From NCBI GenBank assembly GCA_035084275.1, contig CM068760.1, positions 8,060,001 to 8,124,000 on the forward strand: 64,000 bases of DNA, written 5' to 3'. Source of the stretch: Hydrolagus colliei (lineage: Eukaryota). Each line of letters begins with the position of its first letter. Within the stretch, counting starts at the first letter, position 1. Of the stretch, positions 24,366 to 37,198 are shown piece after piece. A program made the translations under genes and the position numbers. The notes under the pieces are model-generated. The model was not told the origin of the DNA and did no database searches. It worked only from the letters and a program-made list of their open reading frames with translations.

Positions 24366-24859
24366 CTTCTGCTGGCTGTTCGAACCAATGTGATTCGAAT
24401 TAGTGATGGGATGAGCGCTTCAAAATGACTTTAACCTTCTCTCATCTGACAGCCCTTAAACACAGAGCTCCTAGGATGTTAGGGGAGCGTTAAGTTTGTC
24501 CACCCGCGCGCAACAGATGTGACTCTTGGGTGGGGGGAAAAAAAGCAAACCTCAAGTTAATGACCACTTCGGAGCTTGCACTTTTCCAGAGGAGTCGGAG
24601 CCAGTGCAGTGGGTGTAGGAGTAGTGCAAGAATGCTGTTGGGGTGGGTGTTTGCTGGCTACAGTCAGAGGCCCTTTTGTGGGATTGCATGACGCCCTTTT
24701 ACAGCCGTGCTGGGAGGAACAGGGTTCTGTACCAAACTGGCCCCATCCACAGACGCCTACAGGCATGCATCAATAATCAGTTAATGGACACCACCTGCTC
24801 CCTTATTATTGCCGGTTAAAGAGTATAAAACCAATTGGTCATTCTCCTTGAGCACACTG

Positions 24860-25436
24860 CTCTATAAGACTTTGGTGAGGCCTCAGCTGGAATACTGTGT
24901 TCAATTCTGGTCACCACACTACAGAAAGGATGTGAAGGCATTGGAAAGGGTACAACGAAGATTTACTAGGATGATGCCAGGAAGGAGGGACTTCAGCTAT
25001 GAGGAGAGGCTAGATAGGCTAGGGTTATTCTCTCTGGAGCAGAGAAGATTGAGGGGAGATCTAATAGAGGTTTATAAGATCATGAGGGGTTTCGACAGGG
25101 CAAATAGAGAAAAACTATTTCCACTCGTGGGCGAATCTGTGACTCGTGGTCACAGATTTAAAATAGTTTCAAGGCGAAGTAGAGGGGAGCTGAGGAGAAA
25201 TTTTTTCACTCAGCGAGTTGTTCGAATCTGGAATGCATTGCCTGAAAAGGTGGTGGAGGCTGATTCGATAACAACTTTTAAAAGGGAATTAGATCTTTAT
25301 TTAGGGAGAACAGGTCTATTAGGCTATGGGGAGCGGGCAGGGCAGTGGGATTGAATCGCTCTTTTCAAAGAGCCGGCACAGACTAGATGGGCCGAATGGC
25401 CTCCTTTTGTGCCGTAAAATTCTATGAATCTATGAA
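24860..25436 (+). mobile_element. Young 5'-truncated CR1 LINE (C-terminal part of ORF2, 3' UTR, tail) with a 12-bp TSD
   Basis: Uninterrupted frame LYKTLVRPQLEYCVQFWSPHYRKDVKALERVQRRFTRMMPG...RNFFTQRVVRIWNALP, typical of the CR1 ORF2 C-terminus. Tail ttctatgaatctatgaa. TTGAGCACACTG at 24848-24859 and 25437-25448. Confidence 0.93.
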
Positions 25437-25769
25437 TTGAGCACACTGGATTGTTTACATGCATACAGTGTCCACAGCGTTGCGTGTATGAGCAATAACA
25501 GGTTCTCTGGAACCAAAGCACTAGCCACTGATAAACAAGTCAATAAAGTATCCATTTGTTTGGTTTTGTAGATGCCACTGTAATATTTGGAATTTCTATC
25601 CACTGAATAGCCTAAGTGTTGGATTTTGTACTGTGTTAAGGTCCGAAAGGTCAAAGTGAGATCTGAACTATTCAACCAATCTCACACTATTTCACTTGTT
25701 TTATTTTTGTCCCCGATTCCAAGCCACCCTGAACTTGTAACTGTCCAGCGTCAATTGTTTTTACAGATG

Positions 25770-26020
25770 TCACGGTGCCGTCTTTTGGGTGAGATGTTAA
25801 AACTGAGGTGCTGTCTTGGCGTGTTCAGGTGGACGTTGCATATCCCACGTCACTACTCGAAAAGAGAAGAGTGTCCCACAATGTCCTTATCAACAACCCT
25901 GCAGTTAAAATTGGTCATCGCTTCACGGCTGTTTGTGGGACTTTGCAAATTGGCTGCCATGTTCGTCTGCAAACACACAGTCATTGCACTTTACAGTAAA
26001 TCCCATGAAGCGTTCTCAGA
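25770..26020 (+). mobile_element. Deu-domain SINE fragment
   Basis: ggtgccgtcttttgggtgagatgttaaaactgagg...caggtggacgtt...ctgtttgtgggactttgcaaattggctgcc. Confidence 0.7.
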
Positions 26021-27388
26021 CTATGATGCTTTATGTCTGGACCAGAATAATAACTCCCCCCACCCACCCTCCCTCAAAAAAATTGCTTTGTACAACAGTG
26101 ACCATCCCTGCCTGTCCATCATCTATCCCGCATGTGTTGATTACATTTTATGAAGCTTGATCTTCTTGTAAAGTGGAACTAACCGTACGAATTTTATCTG
26201 TCACGCTGGTGAACTGTGACTGATAACAGCAGCTAATTCTCTGCTTATCTGTCCGCCCAACACGAAGCCGCGAGACTATCCTGGCCTCTTATCAGAGGAA
26301 ATTTAAATGAGAGTTGACAAAATGAAGGAATGCATTGCGCGATAAAGAGGTGGCATGTTTCCGTTACGTGCCTTTAAAGATTTATAGGACGCTGCGAGCC
26401 CTGAATACCTAACTCGGTCAAATATTTCTCAGCCGGATATGATCAGCAAAGTCCGTGTGAGTTGTCGGTTATTCCTCTCCGTTAGTTACCGTTTCTAACT
26501 AGGTTCCAGTTTTTCTGCGCCCTTTCCTGGCTGCTTCCTCCTGATAACAGCGTGACGGAGAGATGGCTGCAATTCCTTTGGCTCCCGCGCCCTGTTGAGC
26601 CGGACAGACTGGGAGGTAGCGTGCAGAATTTGGAATGGTGTTGGACACGGGCATCAGCCTCTCCTCCGCTATGGGTCACCCCACTCGGCAGCTTAGCAGA
26701 GAACAGCGAGAAACGGTGAGAAGCCAAGCAAAGGGCTCTCCTCTTAACCCTTCTTTGACCCACCTATGTGTAATATATCCTTAAGGTAACCTTAAATGAC
26801 ATTGCTTTCAGGTTTGTGCCCCCTTTTATAATGCTGGTTACCGCTGCGGTGTAGAGGAACCACCTTCAGATTGCTTTCCGAGGTATGTCTTCAACCGATC
26901 GGATACAGCAAAGGAATGCAGGAATGTTGAAGACTGGAAAAGATTGTTGTGGTCCATCTAACCAGCTTTAAAGTCGAAACATACTCTTCGCCAAATAGCT
27001 ATCTAATTCACTTTTGAAGTGGGCTGAATATTTGGTCATAGATCATAATACATTCTGGGGAAAGCTTGTACAAGCTAGAAATGCAATGAGAGAGACATAT
27101 ATTTCGCCTCTGCTTCCTGCTTTTGCCAGTTGGTATATGATATTTTGGTTCTAAGCTGAGTTCTGGTTCTCACTCACTCTCTCTGTTTGCATCGCTGTTC
27201 TGTATAAATCTGCCCCTCCTCCCCCCACCCCCCCAGAATGTGTTGTGATCTGTGGCAAGAACAATAAATGACTGGTTTGTGACTTGGAAACAAGTGTGCA
27301 AGCTTGGGTTCCGGGTGGCAAAAAGCTTTCCTTGCTGTGGCTGGGGCAGCTGATTGGCAATGTGGGAATCGGGGGAATTGGTGCGTCA

Positions 27389-27825
27389 GCCTGGCTCAGT
27401 TGGTAGCACTCTCACCTTTGAGTGAGAAGGCCGTGGGTTCAAGCCTAACATCAGGGTGTTGAAATCCATATAGTCTTAGGGTTAGGTTGACATTCCAATG
27501 CAGTGCTGGGGTGTGTTGCATTGCTAGATGCTACCTTGAAGTTGAGACGTTAAACTGAAGTCTCGTCTACCTGTTCAGGTGCATGTTAAAGATGCAATGG
27601 CTATTCGAAAAGTGAACAGAGTTTTGCCTGGTGTCCTCAATCCCCCAAATCAAATTAGTCATATGCTTCATGGTTGTCTGTGGCACTTTTTGACTGTGTG
27701 CAAAATTGGCTGTTACGTTCACCTACAAAATATAGTCACTGCACCTTACTGTATATCGTGTGAAGCGCTTCCCGAGACACCCACTCGGGATGAAAGGCGC
27801 AGAACCAAATGTAAGGATGACTATT
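27389..27825 (+). mobile_element. Deu-domain (SacSINE1-like) SINE, near full length
   Basis: tggctcagttggtagcactctcacc...gggttcaagcc head, Deu core gagacgttaaactgaag...caggtgcatgttaaagat, and an L2-type 3' hairpin. Confidence 0.75.
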
Positions 27826-28763
27826 TTTAAGGTACAACATCAAAAAGCTCAGTGCATTGCAAAACCACTTCACCAGTACTGCGGTATCCTGGAATATCAA
27901 TACATCATATTGCTTGTTCCACTGGCTGGACAATCACCAGGTTAGTATAGCAGCAGTGGCAGTGTGGAGAGCATGCAATAAGTGGCAAGACTGTACATTT
28001 CCAAGGAAACAACAAGTCTGAAGAAAGATAAATTGGGCAAAATAGTCTCCTTCTGTGCTGCACATTTCCATGTTTAAAACCTTCAGGGCTGCATTCAACA
28101 ACCACAACAATAAAATTATATTTGTATACCGCCTTTCACATCGGGAGGATGTCCCAAGGCACTGGACAGTCAATGTTTTGGACTTGAGCTGGGGTCGGGA
28201 TCGAGTAGATTGGAGGGCGGAGGGCTGGGGGTGGAGGGTGATTGAAATTTATCATTTTATATGTTTAATATCTAGCATATCTCAGCATGCCAAAATTGCC
28301 CCCCAACCCCCCACCCCACCTCATATTTGTGAGCAATTTTGTCTTGATGCTATTTGCAGGTTACTATTTGCATTTGTAAATACATCAGATCATGCACTTA
28401 AAATACATACTCGGAAGCGAATAGATTGTGCAGACAGTTTTTTTTCCCCCACCACCCCCCCACCGACAAAAGCCCGCTGACGTTTTCATCCTTCCCCTGG
28501 GAATCCTTCTCATTTCCACATTGCCACGAGCACACCCAAAGCCATTGTTGAGGTGTGGGAAGCGTTTAACACACCCATAACTGAAAATAATTAAATCATT
28601 TTCATCCACTTAATTTCCCTGACTGCCGACACGGGCGACGGAGCACAAAGGCCATAAAAAAAAAAAATCCCCCCTTCCTCTGTCACGAGCAGCCAGGGAG
28701 AGTGATTTGAGTTTCGTCACGAAAGGAGAGCTATGATTTTGAACGACGAAGCGATCCACTCAC

Positions 28764-28838
28764 CGTAATCTTTCTTGCAGTACTTTTTCATGTTGATTTT
28801 CAGTTTCCCTTTGGAGGCCTTGCAGTACGAATCGCAGT
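28764..28838 (-). CDS. ntn1: Netrin-1 internal coding exon, start of the NTR/C345C domain
   Basis: cag|AC TGC GAT TCG TAC...AAA GAT TAC G|gtgagt, 75 bp. Translates as (D)[24 protein letters not shown]. Confidence 0.96.
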
Positions 28839-29762
28839 CTGTTGCGGGGGACGGAGGAGTAAAAAAAAAACACACACACATATCAGACCAACAAAAAAAA
28901 AATGAGAGGGAGAGAAATGATAAAACCAGCATTGCTTACAATAACCGAGGCCTTACGGAATCCATCTGCTGCTGCCAATTGTGTTGTCTAATGGGTCTTA
29001 CAGAGCATTCATAACGCCTTAATTTCTATAGAAAAAGTCACACAAAGAACTCTGTCTGGTAAACAGTTTGCTGTCTGCAGGCAGTCTTTGCCTTATTTGA
29101 GTTCCACCGGCGTCCCCTGGTTCACCACCCAAGTCTGGTTTGAGAAGGAGAATCACACAGAATCCCCCTCCTGTCAAAGTGGCTCTGGCCCCTGATTAAG
29201 GCCCATGGATACCTCATTGTCACCTCCACCCAGGCTTGTGTCAAACTTTGCTTTCAGTGCATGGAGACGCTAGCTACAGGTCACCCCGAACAATGGAAGG
29301 TCAGGCAGGAAATGAGGAACCCATGGAGCGTTAGAGACTTCTTTGGTGTCCTCTCCAGATAGGTGAACAAATAAACGTTCCGCAAAGCACTTCTAATTTA
29401 CATTGAGCCCTGTTGCTCCTGCCCGCTTTGTTGTTGTTGCCTATCTTTTCTTCACATGGCTGCAGTGATCAGGCAGATTTGATATATTGAACATTTAACA
29501 TACACATCAGAGATTGCATCCAAATAAAGTTCTATTGGATCTGGAGCATTCAACTTTCTTAAAGTTAGGGTAGTCCGCCTCCCATTTTCCCCATGATTCC
29601 TTCAATAATCGTTATTGAAATCCACAATGAAATAAAAATGGCATTGCCTCTCTGTAACATTGTCTCTCTGTAACTCTATAATATTTTTATCCCATGCAAC
29701 TTTCTCATAGTGAATTATTGTCAATTTGTTTCCTATTACATAGTCAGTGAAGGAGTGGGTGG

Positions 29763-30066
29763 AATAATCCTTGCATTTGATATAGTGCTTTTCACGTCCT
29801 CTAGACATCTCAAAGCTCTTCACAGAATATACTGTAAACTAAATTGACAATATATATACGTGGGCGGAGTGTGGCAGCCGATTGCGCACAGCAGTGTCCG
29901 CACAAACAGCCATGGATTGAAATGACCAATTTTTAATTATTTATTTTGAGGGATTATTATCAGGAGTGTGGAGGAAGGAAACTTGCCCAAGGTTTCGCCC
30001 TACCTGGAATCAAACCCAGGTCGTTCACGTACGATGTGAGTCCTCTAACCACTAAGCTACAGGGCT
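29763..30066 (-). mobile_element. Dominant SINE, full length, with an L2 tail adjacent (30070-30148)
   Basis: Head, body and tail match the family. Confidence 0.88.
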
Positions 30067-31484
30067 TCAAAACAACATACAACAACAACAACATAAAAAT
30101 TACTTTTGTAGACCACCTTTCACATCGTGAGGACGTCCCAAGGCACTGGGATAGACTCAAACACACATGCACATAATGACGCACACACATGCGCATTTTC
30201 ACACACACACCCATGCATGTTGGGTTCCACTATGCACACACAGCTATCTTTGGCTTTGATTAGAATTAACACTTAAGACATCCTGCCAGATGAATTTCAG
30301 CCGCAGCTTTGAAATTCAGCTATTTCAGCAATCATCATCTGTGGGCTCACTTAAAGTGGGTTAATATTAATGGGGGATTAAACGTGGGAAATATTAATGC
30401 AAATATTAGGGAAGAAAACTGCTCATAAATGAATGGGGGGGGGGGCGTTATATTTGTATATAAACAGCCAAAGTAAAACTAATTTTAAAAATGTATACTT
30501 ACTAATTTAAAAAGTGCATTTAGTGCAGCACATTGAGACGTCTCAATAACTTGATAAGGCAAATGCAAGGATTATTATTGTTGGTATAAAAGCAATGGAG
30601 AAAGAGTCTGGGTCGTATCTGTCTGATTATATTGTACTTATCATTAACTCGGAAGAAAGTTAAAACACAAATAGGGGTGGTGCCAGTAAATTAAAATCTG
30701 ATTTTAAAATGAAATGTTACGAATGAAGCACATAGAAAATTACTTTTTTTGAGACTTAATTTCGTCGAGAAACTACACTCTGAGCATCAACCAACACATT
30801 GTCATGACTTTTTTAAAATATTTCGGAGCGTTATACTGGCTAGAATATGAACAAACTTCATTGTTTCGTTCCTAGCTCGCCAAGCCTTTTATTTCCTTTT
30901 ATGTGTCCAGTGAAAGAGGTTGCCAGAGCAACAGATGAAAAAAAAGGAAAATGCAGAAACATTGCAAAGCAATTCAGAACCAGCCCTGGGCACAAGCTAA
31001 AAGTCCAATCCAAATGGAAGTGAACAGTCTGTGCTAACTCCTCTGTGTTTACAATTAGAAGGGTTTTTTTTCAACAAGAAAAACACTAAGGTTTCCCTGG
31101 TTCCTTCCTTGCTCTCCATCTGAAACTTTAAATTAGCAGCTGCAGAGCTGGAGGCCTGGAGCTTAGGCAGAAATCTCTATCTCAGGACAATGGCCCGCAA
31201 ATGAGTGCCCGGTAGCAGGGTTTTCTTCATGTTGAACAAGATTGATTGAAAAACAAATTGCAGCAAATAAAGCATGTAATTAGATTAAAGCCCTCGCCCA
31301 AGTTACGAGGACTGAAACCAAACGGTTGGCATTCGAGTGAGGAAGGCTCAATTCCTGCAATTCCTCGTCCCCTCTGCTCTTCTGTTCTTTGCAACCAGTG
31401 GGAAGGAGACTTCTGGAACGTTCTGCGTAAAATGGGTGGGTAGTGGGGAGGGCGGGGGAGGGAGTTGGACAGGAACGGACTTCT

Positions 31485-31690
31485 AATAATAATAATCCTT
31501 GCATTTGATATAGAGCCTTATCATATCGTTGAGACATCTCAAAGCACTTCACAAATCATGTTGTAAACTGGATTGACTGTGTATTTTGTGGATGAAACGC
31601 GGCAGCCAATTGTGCATAGTAGTGTCCCACGAACAGCCGTGGATTGAGTGACCAAATTATTTCAAAAATTTATTTTGAAGGAATGATGAC
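31485..31690 (-). mobile_element. Dominant SINE, headless
   Basis: Family body and tail. Confidence 0.8.
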
Positions 31691-32084
31691 TTTAATTTAT
31701 TATTATTTTTTAAAAATTCAAGGAAGGACCCAACTGTATCCTTAGTTTTAAAAATGTCCTACATTGAATGTCAAATTAAAACACACGTATCATTTTCCAT
31801 GCACCAAAAATTCAATATACCCATGTAACACAAACTAGGTGCAAACTAAGAAACTGCAGTATCCCATCCCAATTGTGTCTTGTCAGCTTGATATCAGCTC
31901 AAGTTATGCATTGTCCACTGGGTCAATTGGAAAACTCTCCACTGTTTTACTGCACCAGCCCACGGCTCCCTCAATCCTTTCAGACCACAGCAACCCCATC
32001 TTTGAAATTCTACCTGACCTTAGCCTGTGAGACTATTTGATCTTCAAATGTAAGATTGCATAGCAATTATAATAATAATACTGG

Positions 32085-32330
32085 AAAGTGAATTGACTAT
32101 ATTTGTGGGTAAAACAAGGCAGTCAATAATTGCGCACAGCAGTGTCCAGCGCGCACAGCAGCGCACAGCACAAACAATCGTGGATTGAAATTAACAATGT
32201 AAAAAAAAAATTGTGAGGCGTATGGAGTAAGGACACTTGCCATAAGATTTTGCCCTGACCTGCCTGGATTCGAACACAGGTCTTACACTTGTAAGGCAAA
32301 TGCTCTAACCACTGAGCTACAGGACTCCAC
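32085..32330 (-). mobile_element. Dominant SINE with an internal gcgcacagca triplication
   Basis: Head intact; gcgcacagca occurs three times at 32132-32170. Confidence 0.82.
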
Positions 32331-32949
32331 AAATTCAAGAAATGGACCAAGGCACGATATTTCTCCATGAAGTTGTAAGTAAAAAATTTCTTTTGATTTA
32401 TTGTCTTGCAAGGTGCGTAAGACACATCTGATTTGACAGTAAAGGCGTTGCTCTTAATACTATCAAGACATTCCTTGCTGTCGGCAGAGGTGGGTCATTT
32501 GCAGTGCCGGTAAAACACAGCACTGCATGCTGGAGGATTTTAAAAACATGTTGAAATTAATATGTGTTGATTCCTCACGTCCCACCCCATCCGCCCTCCC
32601 ATCCCTTTTCCCCAACAACAGCAATAACTTGCATTTGTAGAGCGCTCTTCATGCCAGGCGGAATCTCATAGCGCTTAATAAGAAATCTGCACGCGTGTGA
32701 CGCACAATCAAAATGCAGTTTGATCTATTTTGGAAGCGGGATTCCCTCAACTTACTTCGATGTGCTTCTAATTATGGGAAAGAAAACCCTTTCGAATTTC
32801 TTGCCCCAAACCTCCATTAACAAAGACTGACACTGGCTCCTTATCTGTGGGAATCAAATCTCTTTACTGGCATATGCACAGTTAGCGTGAATATATCCCA
32901 CGGCTTAATATGATGGTCGGAGAAATAGTATCACCAAAACCCTGCTGGA

Positions 32950-33162
32950 AGGTGGAATGCTCTGCCTGAAGGGGTGGTTGAAGCAGATTGAATAATAACT
33001 TTCAAAGGGGAATGAGATATATACAGGACTTGAAAAGAAAAAAAATTGTTAAAAGAATGGGGGAGTGGGACTAGTTGTTCAGCTCTTTCAAAGTAGCGTC
33101 ACGGGCAGGAGGGTCCGAATGGCCTCCTTCTGTGCTGTAGGATTTTACGATTCTATGATTCT
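32950..33162 (+). mobile_element. CR1 LINE 3' fragment
   Basis: tggaatgctctgcctgaaggggtggttgaagcag...gaatggcctccttctgtgctgtag...attctatgattct. Confidence 0.8.
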
Positions 33163-34245
33163 AAGGTGGCTGAGTGCAATAGTCAGCCTTCAGCTTCCTT
33201 TTTATGCTAAGGCAGAGGAGTGGAGAATGAGGCCATTTCAACATTTGTTAAAATAACATTGAATAAACATTCGTGACTTTGTTTAAAAATTGCTTGAATT
33301 GAATGGAGTGCAACCTTCATACATAACAGAACAATACACAAGGGAGAGAGTAGGAAGAGTTGTTCTATGACGTTATGAGTTGAGTATCTCAACAACTCCC
33401 CCCTACCACCCCCCACACCTCCCCCACTCCTCCTCCACACACACACTCTCCCCATCTGCTGACATTGTGTCATAGACCACACAACATTCAGTGTTGAAGG
33501 ACAAGCTACCTTATGCATCTGACACTGAAACTGACCTCACCTGACCTCAGACTGCCAATGTCCTGACCGGCTGCTGTTTTTTGTTTCTTGATGAACCGCA
33601 ATTGTTCAGGTTGTTAAGGAAAAGGAAGCTTTTTATTGTAGAGGTATCTTTAATTTTACATTTAGAAACTCAACCGTCGCAAGTGGAATTCTCCTTTCCC
33701 AAAGCAAATAAACAAAGACAAAACGGCCTTGCGTTAATAGGGGAAAGGGGGGAGAAAAAAATGCTATCATCTGTCGGGACAGTTTCTGAATAAGGAAATC
33801 ATCATTTTTATCCCCTAATTTTTTTAACAACCTTCATGTTAGTTTGTGCACTGAGTGAACCACATCCTCTTGTGAATGGTTTCGCCTTCGAAGGACCATA
33901 TAGGATTGCAGTTTATGGAACAAAGCAATGAAGGGTCGTTGAGCGGGAACATTGCATAGACTTAGAGCAGCTTCAGTTAAAAGCTATTTTCAGGATCTAC
34001 AGCCTTTGAAGGGTGGGTTGAACCTTGTGTGAGATGTTACAGACAATCTGCACATCAGGAAAGCTCAGGGATGCTTATTTTTGGAGCTGAATAATTCTGG
34101 AAAGCAATATGCCACTCAGTGTTGTATCATACTGTACCATCAAAGAAAGAAATGAAAAGGAGCCCTTTAATTCTCCAAAGACGTCATTCTACAACTCAAC
34201 AAACAGTTTACGAAGTCAATAGAACATAAATTCAGTCCCCCACAA

Positions 34246-34269
34246 CCCCCCCCCCCCCCCCCCCCCCCC
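34246..34269. repeat. Poly-C tract (24 nt)
   Basis: Direct reading of the sequence. Confidence 0.9.
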
Positions 34270-35977
34270 TCTGCCATCCCCCCACCACCCTCATGGATTG
34301 AGTCATCAATATTAATCCGTGTTGGAATACTTCACGTTCTCATCGCTAACAGTAAGACCGGCGCTTGCTAGTCCAGACCACAGGGCATCCCCATGATACA
34401 ATCATTCCATTTTGTACACAGTTGAAAGTTGGCTTAGATCTGCTCCCAGGGTTAAAGTAGGGGTCACGGAGTAGGGGAAATCTCAAATGAGGCACAAAGA
34501 GGATACATCATAATTCAAATATTCTCTCTCTCCCTCCCTCTCTCTAACTCTATGTTTCGGAAGCAGATTTATTTCCACGTTGAACCCTGACTAATGTTCC
34601 AACCCACTTTGTCCGTCTCATGTGCTCCAATGCACGCTCCAGTGTACGTTCGGGGGGAAAAAAACGGCCCTCCGCCCTTCTCCTTTCGGTCCATGACACA
34701 CTGGGAACAAGGATCGCATTGAGGGTAAGTGGTGATATTCAAAGCAGGCTAAGGGGGGCTGGAGGAGAGAGTGCCATTATCCCCCGTTAATAGTGTTCAT
34801 AAAACTACTCTTTTCTAAATAAGTTCTTTGAATCGTCAACCTCCCTTCCCTGACGTTTTCTGTTCCCAAAGTCTGCGGAGGGTAGCATTAGCCTCTGGAT
34901 ATTATGAGAAGGGATCGTGAGAATCACTCAGTGTTTCCACTGAGATTAGCTGTTTCATAATGTATGAATTCATCCACTAATTCCATAATAAATACAGCAG
35001 TCTTTCATAGGGTATGAGAGGCAGAGCAAAACTGCTTCACGCGTAGCCCTTTGAAAAACAGCTCTGTGCTCAAATGAAAGCTATAAACACGGGGACACTA
35101 TCAAGGTTAAACCCGACATAATTCATGGATAGCTCGAATTTTCTATTAAATTTAGGTAATAAAATTAAAGCAAATGTCCCATGACATTCCCATCGCTTCT
35201 GCAATGGAGACAAATCAATCAAATCCAGTGTGTTCACCCCACCTTCCCTCTGCTCCTATTTGTTCCCTACGCCCCTTATATGTGTCTGTCGATTAATTCT
35301 TGTGATGGTGATAGTGTTTCCAGTAGATGGAAAGCAGAACTTCCACACCATGTTGAGAGGCAGATCAGAGAACAGAGTGGCGATTGTGGATTATGAAGAT
35401 TTTTTACACTGTTCATTGCTTAATGCTCAGTTTAAAGTGGGATGATGCCCTGCGTGTGCTTTGACAACGTATGCTTAGAACAGGGAATCCCACCAACTGT
35501 CCATGTTGTCTGACAGTCGATGCGTTAAACACCCCAGCACCTCCTCACTTCGGCTGCTCATCACTTATGCTGTTTGTGAGATGTGACTGGTACAGATTAG
35601 TCACCATATGTGCCTGAGAAACTACTCTTCAGAGTCTGAAGCACTTTCAGATGTTTCAGAATATTAAGGCGCCATATCGAATGCATGTGTTACTATTTAA
35701 CAGATGATTCGTAGGGAGGGAGCAGGGCAAATGGCTGGCACTCTATGAGCATTTCAAACTAACCAATATTTGTTGCCGGCCTCAGTGCGCACAGAGCCAT
35801 AGTTTATTTAGCAGATCCCAAACCCTGGAGGGCCCCCTAGTCTGCGCAAGTTTGGAAAGAGCGAACATATAAGTAGGTCCCTGCCTCTAATCGCTTTCAA
35901 CATCATTGATGAACCAGTCACGCCCAGCTGTTTATCCTGTAGTATGTCCATTTCACAGCTCCTGATGTGCTCCACTA

Positions 35978-36210
35978 TTGGTCATTTAAATCCACGACCA
36001 AAGAAATCACCCCTTCAAAATATATAATGATTAAAATTTGGTCACTCAATCGACGGCTGTTGGAGGGGCATTGAATACTTGTGCACAATTGGCTGCACCG
36101 TTTTGCCCACAGATATGCCGTCAATTCACTTTACATTATATTCCGTGAAGCGCTTTGAGATGTCGACAAGACGTGAAGAGCGCTATATCGGATGCAAAGA
36201 TTATTATTGT
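35978..36210 (+). mobile_element. Dominant SINE body with a partial duplication of the ttggtca...aatc segment
   Basis: Family body and tail. Confidence 0.75.
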
Positions 36211-37144
36211 TACTGTGCTCTCCTGGCCAACCCACGAATCTTTGGGCCTTTACCGTGAAGGTGTCCTCAGCCAACAATGTCCATTGGCCGAAAACGGTGT
36301 CTATTTTTACATCTTTGGTGGAATTCCCCACGGAAAGATCAAATGTCGCTTTTTTTTTTGAGCATGATGGAAGACCCTGTTGGGAGACTCAGCTGGAAAT
36401 CCAACATAGTATTGGCAGATCATTAAGTAGATGGGATTGTCAGCCTTCCACCAGGTTAAAAAGCTGCAGTCACAGACCTCTGCAATAAAAGGCCCTGACT
36501 CCTGACCTGGGATACTTAAAAGAGTTTAGCCCCTATGTATTATTTAGCAGATCCCATGAACATGTTGGGGAGGATTAAGCAAGGAGAATGTTGTACACTG
36601 CAAGGACATTCAGTTCCTGAGATGTTAAGGAACAGTCTAAAATGGAACATGAAATCTATGGCAAAGATATGTGCTTTATATGTGTTATGTTAAAAAAAAA
36701 GAAGGATCCATACTAATAGGTTCAGTTATCCAGCTACTAAAAGTGGATTAAACTATAACATACTTTGTTATAGTAGGTCGGACGCTACCCTGTGTGAGGG
36801 GTGCTATATATATACCGTATGTGTTGTAGTTAAACTGAAAGCACTAAAAATAATTCTAGAGACATTTATGCCCAGTGACTTTTGCATTGTTTGAGATGGT
36901 TCTTGTTATTTTACAACATTGACAGCCAGTGACACTAAGCAATTGTTGAGTACAGTGAAACTTTTTAATACCTCTCATAGAAAAACAAAGCATCCACGTT
37001 CATCAAATAGAAAGCTTAATAGAGGCCAATAATAAAGGCACTGGCTGCGATAGATGGTTGTTCTATTTCAAACAGGAATGCATGACAACTAAGATTTGTC
37101 CAGCTGGGAACGACTATGTATAAGAAAGTTCATTTAGTTCTTAC

Positions 37145-37198
37145 CGGCATGTTCCTCTGTACTGCTGATGGCAGAGGCAGGTGTGACCATCGGGATTT
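37145..37198 (-). CDS. ntn1: Netrin-1 54-bp linker exon between domain V and the NTR/C345C domain
   Basis: cttcttccccacag|AA ATC CCG ATG GTC ACA CCT GCC TCT GCC ATC AGC AGT ACA GAG GAA CAT GCC G|gtaag. Translates as (K)IPMVTPASAISSTEEHA(D). Size and phase match the human IPVAPPTTAASSVEEPE exon, and it joins its neighbours in frame. Confidence 0.92.

Noticed and set aside
25626-26153. 175-aa ORF
   Set aside because: Largely a translation of a Deu-SINE fragment.
36370-36405. Short LF-SINE-like word (ccctgttgggagactcagc), similar near 10055
   Set aside because: About 20-30 bp of similarity only; the flanks do not extend the match.
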